Origin: Methanothermus fervidus DSM 2088
Lineage (GTDB): Archaea; Methanobacteriota; Methanobacteria; DSM-2088; Methanothermaceae
Assembly (NCBI GenBank): GCA_000166095.1
Contig: CP002278.1
Location: forward strand, 600,001 to 632,000
Length of the DNA stretch: 32,000 nt
Direction of reading: 5' to 3'
The position numbers and the translations under genes were made by a program. Under the pieces are notes generated by a model, which did no database searches, was not told the origin of the DNA, and worked only from the letters and a program-made list of their open reading frames with translations. Within the stretch, counting starts at the first letter, position 1. Each line of letters starts with the position of its first letter. Positions 9,075 through 18,890 of this stretch are shown one piece after another.

Positions 9075-9548
9075 ATGCAAAATAAAATCACAAATTTTTT
9101 CACAAAAAATATCTTGAGGAAAAGCATGTGGTTATTTCATTTTAATAGTGGAGGGTGTAATGGATGTGATATAGAATTTGTTGCAGCTTTGACACCGTTG
9201 TATGATGTAGAAAGGATGGGAATTCAGCTTGTATCTTCACCACGTCATGCTGACATACTTGTTGTAACTGGCCCTGTAACACTTCAGTCTTTAAGCTCAT
9301 TAAAACTCATATATGAGCAAATGCCTTCACCAAAATATGTAATTGCTGTGGGTAATTGTGCATGTGATGGATGTGTATTCAAAGATTCTTATAATGTTCT
9401 TGAAGGCGTAGATAAAGTATTACCAGTAGATGTTTACATTCCTGGATGTCCACCAAGTCCTCGAGCAATATTTAGAGTGTTACAGAGTATATATCATGGT
9501 AAACTAGTAGTAACAGGTGAGAAGGTTGGGGAAGAGGAAGTTGGATAA
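9075..9548 (+). CDS. Group 4 [NiFe]-hydrogenase small subunit / NuoB-like
   Basis: CNGCDIEF, DVERMGIQLVSSPRHADILVVTGPVT, YVIAVGNCA, VLPVDVYIPGCPPSP. CxxC rather than the CC typical of NuoB. ATG at 9075. Confidence 0.92.
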   Translation: MQNKITNFFTKNILRKSMWLFHFNSGGCNGCDIEFVAALTPLYDVERMGIQLVSSPRHADILVVTGPVTLQSLSSLKLIYEQMPSPKYVIAVGNCACDGCVFKDSYNVLEGVDKVLPVDVYIPGCPPSPRAIFRVLQSIYHGKLVVTGEKVGEEEVG

Positions 9549-11151
9549 TACTGTAGAAGTTCACCCATCAGAAATAAAAAATATGGCAGAAAAAACATTG
9601 AGGAAATATCCTCATTTAATAACTATAACACCCATACATTTAGATGAGGAGCTAAAAATTATTTATACATTTGATGATTTAAAAGGAAATTTAAAACATG
9701 TAATTACATATATACCTGTCAATTCTCCAAAAATAGATAGTATTACAGATGTAACTCCTGCAGCATTAGTATATGAGATGGAAACAAAGGATTTATTTGG
9801 AATAAAGTTCCAAAACTCTTATACATCTTCCAAACTAATTTTACCAGATTGTTATTCTGATAATTTACCTGCACCTTTACTCAAAACTACAAAATTAAAA
9901 TCTTTAAGAGAAAAATTATCAAATCACTGTATTCAAAATGGAATAATTGATGTATCTACTGATGCAATAAAATATGAAGGTGAATCTATAGTAACAGTCC
10001 CATTTGGACCATATCATCCTGCATTGAAGGAACCAGAGCATTTTGCAATTGTTTTAAAAGGAGAAAAAGTTGTTGATGTATTTCCAAGGATTGGATATGC
10101 ACATAGAGGAGTAGAAAAACTTTGTGAGACACGTCCCTTCCACGATGTTTTGTATTTGGTTGAAAGAGTATGTGGAATATGTAGTTTTGCTCATTCATGG
10201 GCATATACTCTCGCTGTAGAAGAACTTACTGGCATTAAAGCACCAAGAAGAGCAGAATATCTAAGGACAATAGTCGCTGAATTAGAAAGAATTCACAGCC
10301 ATGTAATGTGGATTGGATTGCTAGGATATTGGGCAGGATTCGAAACAATGTTCATGTGGATATGGGGAATAAGAGAAAAAATAATGCATCTTTTAGAATT
10401 GATAACAGGGAATAGAGTCAATGCCTCTTTTATAACTATAGGAGGAACAGTGACAGATGTTTCAGAAGAAAAATTAAATGAAGTAAAAAAAGTTGTAAAG
10501 ACATTTGAAGATTTTGCTGAGGAACTAATGGATGCTTTATTTTCATATGACCCTCTTGTTGAAAGAATGAAAAAAATTGGAGTTTATGATTCTAAAAAAG
10601 CTATTAAATATGGAGCAACAGGTCCAGTAATCAGGGCCACTGGTGTCCCTAATGACATACGAAAAATCGAACCATATGGTGCCTATGAAGAACTACCATG
10701 GGATGTAGTTACGAAGGATGGTGGAGATGTATTTAATGTAACAACTCTTAGAATGTACGAAGTTCTTGAATCCAGTAGAATAATTATAGAGGCTATAGAA
10801 AACATTCCTTCTGGAAATCCTACTCCAAAAAGATTTTTTTCTAGAAGAATAAAAGATGGAGAAGCAATAGGCCGTGTTGAAGCACCTAGGGGCGAATTAT
10901 TTGATTATGTAATGGCAAAGAATTCTAAAAATCCATATAGGGTAAGAATAAGAACACCAACTTTTGCAAACTTGATTTTCACATCCAATCTGCTTAAAGG
11001 ATCAACATTATCAGATGTACCTTTAATATTAACAACTATGGACCCTTGTTTCGCTTGTTTAGACAGATCTCTTGAACTTAAAAAATTATTTGAAAAAAGT
11101 GAAGTTGCCACCTATATAAAGCAGGCATGGAGGAACATGCATGGATTATAG
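9517..11151 (+). CDS. Group 4 [NiFe]-hydrogenase large subunit, NuoC-NuoD fusion (HycE/HyfG-type architecture)
   Basis: NuoC-like N-terminus (SITDVTPAALVYEMETKDLFGI) fused to NuoD-like domain. Both nickel-ligand motifs are present: RVCGICSFAHS and DPCFACLDR. Start uncertain (GTG 9517 or TTG 9541). Confidence 0.92.
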   Translation: MRRLGKRKLDNTVEVHPSEIKNMAEKTLRKYPHLITITPIHLDEELKIIYTFDDLKGNLKHVITYIPVNSPKIDSITDVTPAALVYEMETKDLFGIKFQNSYTSSKLILPDCYSDNLPAPLLKTTKLKSLREKLSNHCIQNGIIDVSTDAIKYEGESIVTVPFGPYHPALKEPEHFAIVLKGEKVVDVFPRIGYAHRGVEKLCETRPFHDVLYLVERVCGICSFAHSWAYTLAVEELTGIKAPRRAEYLRTIVAELERIHSHVMWIGLLGYWAGFETMFMWIWGIREKIMHLLELITGNRVNASFITIGGTVTDVSEEKLNEVKKVVKTFEDFAEELMDALFSYDPLVERMKKIGVYDSKKAIKYGATGPVIRATGVPNDIRKIEPYGAYEELPWDVVTKDGGDVFNVTTLRMYEVLESSRIIIEAIENIPSGNPTPKRFFSRRIKDGEAIGRVEAPRGELFDYVMAKNSKNPYRVRIRTPTFANLIFTSNLLKGSTLSDVPLILTTMDPCFACLDRSLELKKLFEKSEVATYIKQAWRNMHGL

Positions 11152-12109
11152 TGTTTTTACATACACAATTTCCATTGTTATATTTTCATTCATTATGGCA
11201 CCTATTATAGAATGGATAGAAAGAAAATTGGTGGCAAAAATCCAAAGAAGAGTAGGTCCATATTTCACAGGGCCTAAAGGATTCCTACAACCCTTCTATG
11301 ATTTCTTTAAACTTCTTGGAAAGGAAGAAAATTTACCTGAAAATATGGATAAACTTGTTGCACATCTTGCAGTGTTACTAGCAGTTATATTACCAATATT
11401 TGGGATACTTTTTATCCCTATATTTTCTCCAGTCTCTCCTTATAATTTCCAAGGTGATTTTCTATTTATTTTGGTTATACTTTCATTTTTGGCATTCTCT
11501 ATAGTTATGGCGGGTTTGGCCTCATTAACACCATTTACTGTTGTAGGGACTGGGAGACTAATAGTCCAATATTCAATGTATGAAGTGATATTAATAATTT
11601 CTCTATTTTTAGCTTTTGCACAGGTGGGTGACTACTCAATCTCAGCAATTTTAAAATATCAAATTGCAAATTATCCATTGATATTAACACAACCCCTAAC
11701 ATTTTTTGTAATGATTTTTTCATTGTTGGCAGTATTAGAAGAACCACCATTTGATCTACCACATGCTAAGCAAGAAATTGTAGCTGGATGGAAGACTGAA
11801 TATTCAGGCAGATTACTTGCTTTCATACTATTTTCAAGAAATTTAAAATTCCTCTATATTGCCTTAATAATTGTTACAGTGTTTTTAGCAGGAGGATATG
11901 GGCCAGGAATCAATAAATATGGATTTTTGTGGATCATTTATTTACTTATTAAATTATTGTTTGTAGTATTCCTAGTTACTTTTGTTAAAGCTATAGCAGT
12001 AAGAGTTAGAAGTCTGTATTTACCTAAAAATTTGTGGCTCAAGTTCATTCCCATTTTGATATTACAGCTCATAATAATAGGTGGACTTAAAACTCTGGGG
12101 GCAATATAA
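11141..12109 (+). CDS. NuoH/HycD-like membrane subunit
   Basis: IEWIERKLVAKIQRRVGPYFTGPKGFLQPFYDFFKLLGKE, LEEPPFDLPHAKQEIVAGWKTEYSG. Confidence 0.93.
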   Translation: MDYSVFTYTISIVIFSFIMAPIIEWIERKLVAKIQRRVGPYFTGPKGFLQPFYDFFKLLGKEENLPENMDKLVAHLAVLLAVILPIFGILFIPIFSPVSPYNFQGDFLFILVILSFLAFSIVMAGLASLTPFTVVGTGRLIVQYSMYEVILIISLFLAFAQVGDYSISAILKYQIANYPLILTQPLTFFVMIFSLLAVLEEPPFDLPHAKQEIVAGWKTEYSGRLLAFILFSRNLKFLYIALIIVTVFLAGGYGPGINKYGFLWIIYLLIKLLFVVFLVTFVKAIAVRVRSLYLPKNLWLKFIPILILQLIIIGGLKTLGAI

Positions 12110-12480
12110 TGAATAATATTTTGAGAATTGTAAAAGAAGCTGCCAAAAACTTGGGATCAAAGGTTTTTACACTTATACCTAAAGATATGGACGAAATAAC
12201 AAAGAGATATTGGCTAGGTAGGCCAACTTTAATACCTGAGAAATGTAATGGCTGTTCTATTTGTGCCATTATGTGCCCTGTGAAAGCAATAAACATGGTT
12301 GTTGTAGGCGAAAGAGTAGTAGGTAAAAGAAAAGTACCTCTAAAAAATCCCAAATTTGATTACAACAGATGTATATACTGTGGCTTATGTTCGGAAGTAT
12401 GTAAGTTTGGAGCTATAAAAATCAAAAAAGAGTCATCATATAGGATAATCATTGGTGATAGGTCATGTTATGTGAAATAA
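12109..12480 (+). CDS. NuoI-like 2[4Fe-4S] ferredoxin subunit
   Basis: CNGCSICAIMCP and CIYCGLCSEVCK; start overlaps the NuoH stop (TAATG). Confidence 0.93.
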   Translation: MNNILRIVKEAAKNLGSKVFTLIPKDMDEITKRYWLGRPTLIPEKCNGCSICAIMCPVKAINMVVVGERVVGKRKVPLKNPKFDYNRCIYCGLCSEVCKFGAIKIKKESSYRIIIGDRSCYVK

Positions 12481-12908
12481 TGTCAATTATTGGTTCAATT
12501 TTAATAATTTATGCATTGCTTGAACAAAAATTACCTAGGTTAATAGTTTCATTATTTGTTGGTTGTGTATTAATAGGAATTAGCATTGCATTATATACGT
12601 CAATACCAATTGGATTAATAGTCATTTTTTTATTTGGTGGTACTTTAGTTGCTTTATTATATTTAGCCGGATTAACTGTACCTACAATTAAGATAAAAAA
12701 CTTGAAAGTTGCTGTAACTGCTATAGTTCTCACAATTGTTGTATTTACAAGTGTATCACTATTAATTTTAGCTAAGCACAAAATATTGGTCCTAACTACT
12801 CCTAGAGTTGAATGGCCTAAAATCACCGTTAATAATTTACTTGCATTAATGATAACATTGACAGCATCTTTTTATGCAATAGTAAGTATAATGGGTGGTA
12901 AATCATGA
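12480..12908 (+). CDS. NuoJ-like membrane subunit
   Basis: IVIFLFGGTLVALLYLAGLT in the NuoJ TM3 position; located between NuoI-like and NuoK-like genes. ATG at 12480 overlaps the NuoI stop. Confidence 0.78.
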   Translation: MSIIGSILIIYALLEQKLPRLIVSLFVGCVLIGISIALYTSIPIGLIVIFLFGGTLVALLYLAGLTVPTIKIKNLKVAVTAIVLTIVVFTSVSLLILAKHKILVLTTPRVEWPKITVNNLLALMITLTASFYAIVSIMGGKS

Positions 12909-13195
12909 AACTCTTAGCATTTATACCTCCATTATTATTACTATATGGGGGAATGGCAACAATTCTATTTGGAAAAAATATTTTCAGATTGATTTTAGGG
13001 ATATCAACTATAGAAATTTCAGTTATTTTGTTTGCATCTATTTTAATTAGTATGTTTGGGTTTTTACAGTGGATAATAATAATATCCGCGTCAGTGCTTG
13101 TTGCAAGCGAAGCAGTGCTTGTTGCATTTATTGTTTCATTATCTAAGAGAATCAAAATTAGAGAAATAGATGAACTGAAATCTCTGAGGTGGTAA
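12905..13195 (+). CDS. NuoK-like membrane subunit
   Basis: 96 aa, three TM segments, Glu residues in TM2 (STIEIS) and TM3 (VLVASEAVLVAFIVSL). Confidence 0.85.
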   Translation: MKLLAFIPPLLLLYGGMATILFGKNIFRLILGISTIEISVILFASILISMFGFLQWIIIISASVLVASEAVLVAFIVSLSKRIKIREIDELKSLRW

Positions 13196-13200
13196 CTTTG

Positions 13201-14886
13201 ATGAAAATTATATTATTATTGCTTATTATCATAAATTTACTAGCTTCTGGAGCTGTACTCTTATTAAATAGATTTAACAGAAGATATGTTGAGATCACTG
13301 CTATAATTTCAACCTCATTGTCATTACTGCTTTCAACAACTCTTCTATTTATTTTCACATGTCCAACAAAAATTCAAATTTTACCATATGTTAGTATTTT
13401 TGTTGATAAAACCTCAGCATTGTTAACATTAATTGTAAATTTAATAGGGACATTTGTGATTCTATATAGCATAGATTATATGAGAAAAGAAGTTGACTAT
13501 GCCAGATTTTATTCATTGATGCTTCTCTTCATAGCTTCGATGACACATTTAATTTTAGCAGGAAATATACTCTACTTGTTGTTACATTGGGAATTAGTTG
13601 GGATTTGTAGTGCTTTACTCATAAGTTATTGGTGGGAAAGACCAGCTGCAAGAAGAGCAGGGATAAAAGCATTGATCATGACAAGAATTAGTGATATTGG
13701 ATTAATGATTCTTGCAGTCATGGCAATTTTAGTAAATGCAACAGATATTTCTCAGTTTCAAAATATAGTTTTGTTAAATCCTACTTTATTATCTATATCC
13801 TCAATTATGATATTAATAGCTGCATTTGGTAAGTCTGCACAATTTCCTTTCCATACATGGCTACCAGACGCTATGGAAGGTCCTACACCAGTTAGTGCAC
13901 TACTACATTCAGCTACAATGGTTAAAGCCGGTATATACTTAATCATGAGATTTCTACCATTAATATCTGCATTTCACTTCGCAAAGTTTTTATTAATAAT
14001 TATATCTTTAATAACATTATATTTAGCATGCTTTGCAGGTTTAGTAAGTCATGGAATAAAAAGAGTTTTGGCTTATAGTACAATTAGTTCATTATCTTTA
14101 ATGTTTTTAGCTTTGGCTTTAGGGGAATATATACTAGCAGCCATGTATTTCTTAACACACAGTATTTTCAAAACGTTATTATTTATGGTGGCTGGAATTA
14201 TAGAGCATGATGTGGGAAAAGGAGATATGCGGGTCGCAAGAGGTTTATGGAGAAAAAACTTTAAATTGGAAGGAATAGTTTTTTTAGTAGGAGCTTTATG
14301 TGCAGCAGGGTTACCACCATTAGCCTCTGGTTTCATAAAGGAATGTATATTTGAAGGTTTGAATCTTGTTTTTGTAAGCTACATATATTATTTAATAGTC
14401 ATTTCACTCTCAATATTGATGTCACTCTTCATGATGAGAGCTTTCGTCATAGTTTTCTTTGCATCGGGGAAAGAAACTAAAGTTAAACACATTTATGAAC
14501 CATTTATGTATTTGCCAACAATACTTCTTTTTGTGTTTGTCTTCATCGTCTTTTTACCTTTAATTAAAATACCAAAATGGCTTGGAATTGAAGTAGAGTG
14601 GTTACATATAGATATAGGGATGCTAGTAGGAACTATAGTTGGTATATTACTTTCACTAACTTATTTAACTTCTAAAAAAGAAATTAGTGAAAAAATTAGG
14701 GAATTATTCAAGACGTCATTTTATCTAGATAAAGCATATGAAAATTTAGGTAATTTATTTAGCCAGGTAATAGTTAAATTAGCAGCAAAAATCCATACAG
14801 GTAGAGCTTCACAAGGCTTAATGGCTTTTTATCTGTTTCTGCTTGTATTGTTAATATTTATATTCATTAGAGGTGGTGCACTATGA
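13201..14886 (+). CDS. NuoL-like proton-translocating subunit
   Basis: LLHWELVGICSALLISYWWERP, GKSAQFPFHTWLPDAMEGPTPVSALLHSATMVKAGIYLI, C-terminal KIHTGRASQGLMAFY. ATG at 13201; the track start 13189 is non-ATG. Confidence 0.93.
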   Translation: MKIILLLLIIINLLASGAVLLLNRFNRRYVEITAIISTSLSLLLSTTLLFIFTCPTKIQILPYVSIFVDKTSALLTLIVNLIGTFVILYSIDYMRKEVDYARFYSLMLLFIASMTHLILAGNILYLLLHWELVGICSALLISYWWERPAARRAGIKALIMTRISDIGLMILAVMAILVNATDISQFQNIVLLNPTLLSISSIMILIAAFGKSAQFPFHTWLPDAMEGPTPVSALLHSATMVKAGIYLIMRFLPLISAFHFAKFLLIIISLITLYLACFAGLVSHGIKRVLAYSTISSLSLMFLALALGEYILAAMYFLTHSIFKTLLFMVAGIIEHDVGKGDMRVARGLWRKNFKLEGIVFLVGALCAAGLPPLASGFIKECIFEGLNLVFVSYIYYLIVISLSILMSLFMMRAFVIVFFASGKETKVKHIYEPFMYLPTILLFVFVFIVFLPLIKIPKWLGIEVEWLHIDIGMLVGTIVGILLSLTYLTSKKEISEKIRELFKTSFYLDKAYENLGNLFSQVIVKLAAKIHTGRASQGLMAFYLFLLVLLIFIFIRGGAL

Positions 14887-16196
14887 ATTTAGAAGGAATG
14901 GCAATTATGATAGCTATAATTGCAGTCATTGTTATCATGACAAGTAGAATTATTTGGAAAGAAAGGAAATTACTTCCACTATATATAGCAATTTTTATTT
15001 CAATAGTACAATTAGTATTATCTTTATATGCAAAAGGTGTTGCAGGACTATCTGGATCTACTGCAGCGTTTATTAGTATATTAAGCTTGTTAGTATCAAT
15101 TACTACTGCCGAAAATATTGAAAGAAAAACTATGTTAGCTATTGGACTTATACTTTTTAATGCAGTCTCATTTCTTATCCCATATACCAATGACATTATA
15201 AGGTTGTTTATTTACTGGAAAACTCTCAGTTTTGTAATTTTAGGATCATTGAATATGAGGCATACTGAAGATGAATATGAAGCCAGTATAAAATATATTG
15301 TCATATGTGTAATAGCAGTGCTAGTTGCATTAGTAGGAATATTTATGGCAATACATGATGCACAAAGCACTAAAATTACTGATATTATCCATAAATCTTC
15401 ATTTATTGCAAAAGTGCTTATAGTTGCGGGGTTAGCAGCTGAGGCAGCAATGTTTCCAATGTACTTCTGGTTACCTGATGTACATATGACAATGCTTCCA
15501 CTTTTAGCTGTCTTACTAATGGGTGCTGCAACTCCTTCAACAACATATGTAGTTGGACATATTGCATCTACCAATATATTTACAAAAGAAATTGTAGGTA
15601 TATTGGCAGTTGTTACATCAATTATTGCTGCATTGGCAGCAACATTTCAAAAAAATATTAAGAGATTATTGGCTTACAGTACTTTATCACATTTTGGATA
15701 CATGTTATTTGCATTTACAACTGGTGTGCCATTGGGAGTCCAATATGGAGCTTTACATATTTTAGCCCATGCTACAGTAAAAATACCAGCATTTTTAGTT
15801 GCATATCTAATGATAGAATATGTAGGCATGTACAGTGTTTCAGGCCTCAGGGAATTGGATGTTGATATCATAAGGTTTATAGTAATTACTTCAGCTATAG
15901 GACTCTTAGGCTTACCACCACTTCTAACGTTTTGGAGTGAAGTATTTATTTTCATTGCCTCTTATTCATTGGGAGGCATCTGGAAGCTACTTGCGTTAGC
16001 TTTCTTTATGGCAATATTGTTCTCTACAGGATATGCCTTTAAACTTATATATTCTTTCTCTAAAAGAAATGACAAAAAGGATGTAAAATTAAATAGAAAG
16101 ATCGTTATTGCTTCTCTACCTTTAGCAATTGCTGTAGTCCTTTCAATAATATTTGGTATATTTCAAAGCAACATTATTATCTATTTCTTCCATTAA
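14883..16196 (+). CDS. NuoM/NuoN-like antiporter-like subunit with atypical charged residues
   Basis: AEAAMFPMYFWLPDVH, FQKNIKRLLAYSTLSHFGYMLFA, GLLGLPPLLTFWSEVFIF. Confidence 0.88.
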   Translation: MNLEGMAIMIAIIAVIVIMTSRIIWKERKLLPLYIAIFISIVQLVLSLYAKGVAGLSGSTAAFISILSLLVSITTAENIERKTMLAIGLILFNAVSFLIPYTNDIIRLFIYWKTLSFVILGSLNMRHTEDEYEASIKYIVICVIAVLVALVGIFMAIHDAQSTKITDIIHKSSFIAKVLIVAGLAAEAAMFPMYFWLPDVHMTMLPLLAVLLMGAATPSTTYVVGHIASTNIFTKEIVGILAVVTSIIAALAATFQKNIKRLLAYSTLSHFGYMLFAFTTGVPLGVQYGALHILAHATVKIPAFLVAYLMIEYVGMYSVSGLRELDVDIIRFIVITSAIGLLGLPPLLTFWSEVFIFIASYSLGGIWKLLALAFFMAILFSTGYAFKLIYSFSKRNDKKDVKLNRKIVIASLPLAIAVVLSIIFGIFQSNIIIYFFH

Positions 16197-16291
16197 TTTT
16201 TTATTAAATAAATGTTATAATAACTTTTTTAGCTAATTTATAGAATTATTCTTACTTTACAAAAAAACAGTTAAAAAGAGAGAGGTAGAAC

Positions 16292-17077
16292 ATGAAGCAG
16301 ATACTTATAACAAATGACGATGGTGTAAACTCTTCAGGAATATTGGCAACAAAGGAGGCAGTAAAAGATTTAGGACGTTGTATAATAGTGGCTCCAACAA
16401 CCCAACAAAGTGGAATTGGACATGCTTTATCATTATTTGAACCGATAAGAGTCAATACTACAATACTCAGAGATGGAAGTTGCGCATATGCAGTTTCAGG
16501 TACACCTACAGATGCTGTGATACTTGGAATATATGAAATAGCCAAAGGTAAAGTTGATTTAGTGATATCTGGGATTAATATTGGTGAAAATTTGGGTAAA
16601 TCAGAGCTAACAACGTCTGGTACAATTGGAGCTGCAATGGAAGCTGCTGTACATGGAGTGCCAGCAATGGCTGTTTCATTACAAGTGGAAAAAAGTGATA
16701 TAAAATTTCATGATGGCCATGTAGATGTTGACTTCACATATGCAAAAAAAATAACAAGAAAAATAGCTAAATTAATTTTAAAAAAAGGATTGCCAGATGG
16801 TGTAGATTTTATAAACATCAACATACCAGCAAAACCAAAAGATGAAGAAATTAAAATTACAAAATTAGGAAAAAGAATGTATAAAGTAAATGTTGAGAAA
16901 AGGCATGACCCAAGAGGAAGACCATACTATTGGATAAATGGAAAATCTGTACATAAGGATTTACCAGGAACCGATGTTTATGTTTTAAAAAATGAAAGAA
17001 AGATTACCTTAACACCCCTAAAACTTGATTTTACGGCAGATATTGATGCCACGAAAGAATGGTTGAAAGAGGTATGA
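16292..17077 (+). CDS. surE: 5'-nucleotidase SurE
   Basis: [49 protein letters not shown]. Confidence 0.95.
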   Translation: MKQILITNDDGVNSSGILATKEAVKDLGRCIIVAPTTQQSGIGHALSLFEPIRVNTTILRDGSCAYAVSGTPTDAVILGIYEIAKGKVDLVISGINIGENLGKSELTTSGTIGAAMEAAVHGVPAMAVSLQVEKSDIKFHDGHVDVDFTYAKKITRKIAKLILKKGLPDGVDFININIPAKPKDEEIKITKLGKRMYKVNVEKRHDPRGRPYYWINGKSVHKDLPGTDVYVLKNERKITLTPLKLDFTADIDATKEWLKEV

Positions 17078-17997
17078 TTATGAACTTTGGAAAAGGAAAG
17101 ATATGGTTCAATGGAGAATTTGTGGATTGGAAAGATGCAAAAATTCATGTTCTTTCACATGTTGTACATTATGGATCAAGTGTATTTGAAGGAATAAGAT
17201 GTTACAAAAACAAAAAAGGGTCTGCAATTTTTCGTTTAGAAGATCATGTAAAACGATTATTTGAATCTGCAAAAATATACCGAATGGAAATCCCGTATTC
17301 TGAAGATGAAATTTGTGATGCAATAATAGAAACAGTGAAAATAAATAATCTAGAAGAGTGTTATATAAGGCCAATAGCATTCCGTGGATATGGTGAGTTG
17401 GGTGTAAATCCACAGAATTGTCCAGTAGAAGTAGCTATTGCAGCATGGGAGTGGGGAACTTATTTAGGGGAAGAAGCAATTAAAAATGGTGTAGATGTTT
17501 GTGTATCAAGTTGGAGAAGGATGGCTCCAAATACGCTTCCAAATATTGCCAAAGCTGGAGGAAATTATCTGAATTCACAACTTGTTAAGATGGAAGCAAT
17601 AGCAAATAATTATGACGAAGGAATAATTCTTGATTACCAAGGATTTGTAAGTGAAGGCAGCGGTGAAAATATTTTCATTGTAAAGGATGGGATTCTTTAT
17701 ACACCTCCTGTCCATTCATCAATATTGATAGGTATAACAAGAGACACTGTCATGAAGTTGGCAGAGGATATAGGTATAGAGGTTAGAGAAGAAAATATAC
17801 CTAGAGAAATGTTATATATTGCTGATGAGATATTTCTTACAGGTACTGCAGCAGAAATAACCCCAATACGCTCTGTAGATGGAATAACTATCGGGAATGG
17901 CAAAAGAGGTCCTATAACTAAAAAATTACAGAAAGAATTTTTCAAAGTAATAAATGCAGAGGTTGAGGATAAATATGGTTGGTTAAGGTATATATGA
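17074..17997 (+). CDS. ilvE: Branched-chain amino acid aminotransferase (class IV)
   Basis: [64 protein letters not shown] (motif read from sequence as [12 protein letters not shown]), [20 protein letters not shown] at 17074 overlaps the surE stop. Confidence 0.94.
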   Translation: MIMNFGKGKIWFNGEFVDWKDAKIHVLSHVVHYGSSVFEGIRCYKNKKGSAIFRLEDHVKRLFESAKIYRMEIPYSEDEICDAIIETVKINNLEECYIRPIAFRGYGELGVNPQNCPVEVAIAAWEWGTYLGEEAIKNGVDVCVSSWRRMAPNTLPNIAKAGGNYLNSQLVKMEAIANNYDEGIILDYQGFVSEGSGENIFIVKDGILYTPPVHSSILIGITRDTVMKLAEDIGIEVREENIPREMLYIADEIFLTGTAAEITPIRSVDGITIGNGKRGPITKKLQKEFFKVINAEVEDKYGWLRYI

Positions 17998-18557
17998 TAG
18001 TTGGTGTAGACCTTGCTGGAAAAGACAAAAATGCGAGTGGAATTGCAATTTTAAACAAAAATAACATATATACAACTGAAAAATATTATGATAATGAAAT
18101 CATTGAAATATGTAAAAAAGCTCGAATAGTAGTTTTTGATGCACCGCTTTCACTTCCAAAAGGCAGATGTTGTCTTGAAATAAATTGTGAATGTAGTAAA
18201 TTTGGACATTTCAGGAAATCAGACATTGAAATTAGAAAGTATGGTAAAGTTCTTCCTCTTACTTTTAGAGGCATGAAAAAACTTGTGTTTAGAGCTATAA
18301 AACTAAAAAACATTATAGAGTCCTTAAATAAAAATACTTGTGTTATAGAGACTCATCCAAATACTGCAAAGAAAATGATAGATGTTTCTATTTTAAAGAG
18401 ATTTAAAACAAATAAAAAAATTAGTAAAATGACTATTCATGAGTTTGATGCAATGATAGCTGCTATAGTCGGGTATTTTTATAAAAAGAAAAAGTATATT
18501 GCTTTAGGAGATAAAAATGAAGGAACGATCATACTTCCAAAACTTACATCTCCATAA
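17994..18557 (+). CDS. DUF429-like predicted nuclease (RNase-H-like fold)
   Basis: [54 protein letters not shown] overlaps the ilvE stop. Confidence 0.65.
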   Translation: MIVGVDLAGKDKNASGIAILNKNNIYTTEKYYDNEIIEICKKARIVVFDAPLSLPKGRCCLEINCECSKFGHFRKSDIEIRKYGKVLPLTFRGMKKLVFRAIKLKNIIESLNKNTCVIETHPNTAKKMIDVSILKRFKTNKKISKMTIHEFDAMIAAIVGYFYKKKKYIALGDKNEGTIILPKLTSP

Positions 18558-18580
18558 TTATTTTTCAGTTAATAGCAAGT

Positions 18581-18590
18581 TTTATATAGT
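18581..18590 (+). promoter_or_regulatory. Putative TATA box for the ferredoxin gene
   Basis: TTTATATAGT in the 105-nt gap upstream of 18663; a strong AGGAGGTGG ribosome binding site follows. Confidence 0.4.
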
Positions 18591-18662
18591 AGTTAATGAG
18601 TATTAATAATTGGTATTTTTATCTTCCTATGCTTTAAAAAATTTTCAAAAGGAGGTGGAGTC

Positions 18663-18857
18663 ATGAGTAAAATAACAATTGACTATGATAAATGTGATGG
18701 GCCAGATTGTGCAGAGTGTGTAGATGTTTGTCCAATGGAAATTCTAGTTATAGAAGGAGACAAAGTTGTTGCTAAAAATACTGAAGAATGCAATGAATGT
18801 ATGGTTTGTATGGATGTATGTCCAAATGAGGCCATCACAGTAGAACCAGAAGAATAA
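18663..18857 (+). CDS. 2[4Fe-4S] ferredoxin
   Basis: CDGPDCAECVDVCP and CNECMVCMDVCP. Confidence 0.93.
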   Translation: MSKITIDYDKCDGPDCAECVDVCPMEILVIEGDKVVAKNTEECNECMVCMDVCPNEAITVEPEE

Positions 18858-18890
18858 ATAAGGAAAGCCCCTTTAAAGTTTTTTAGATGA

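Noticed and set aside
14300-14360. NuoL-like TM12 motif reads SGFIKECIFEG instead of SGFxSK(D/E)EI, which could suggest another charge swap.
   Set aside because: A one-residue shift or NuoM-like GF[VI]xE spacing explains it, and both Lys and Glu are present, so a by-eye alignment cannot support a substitution.
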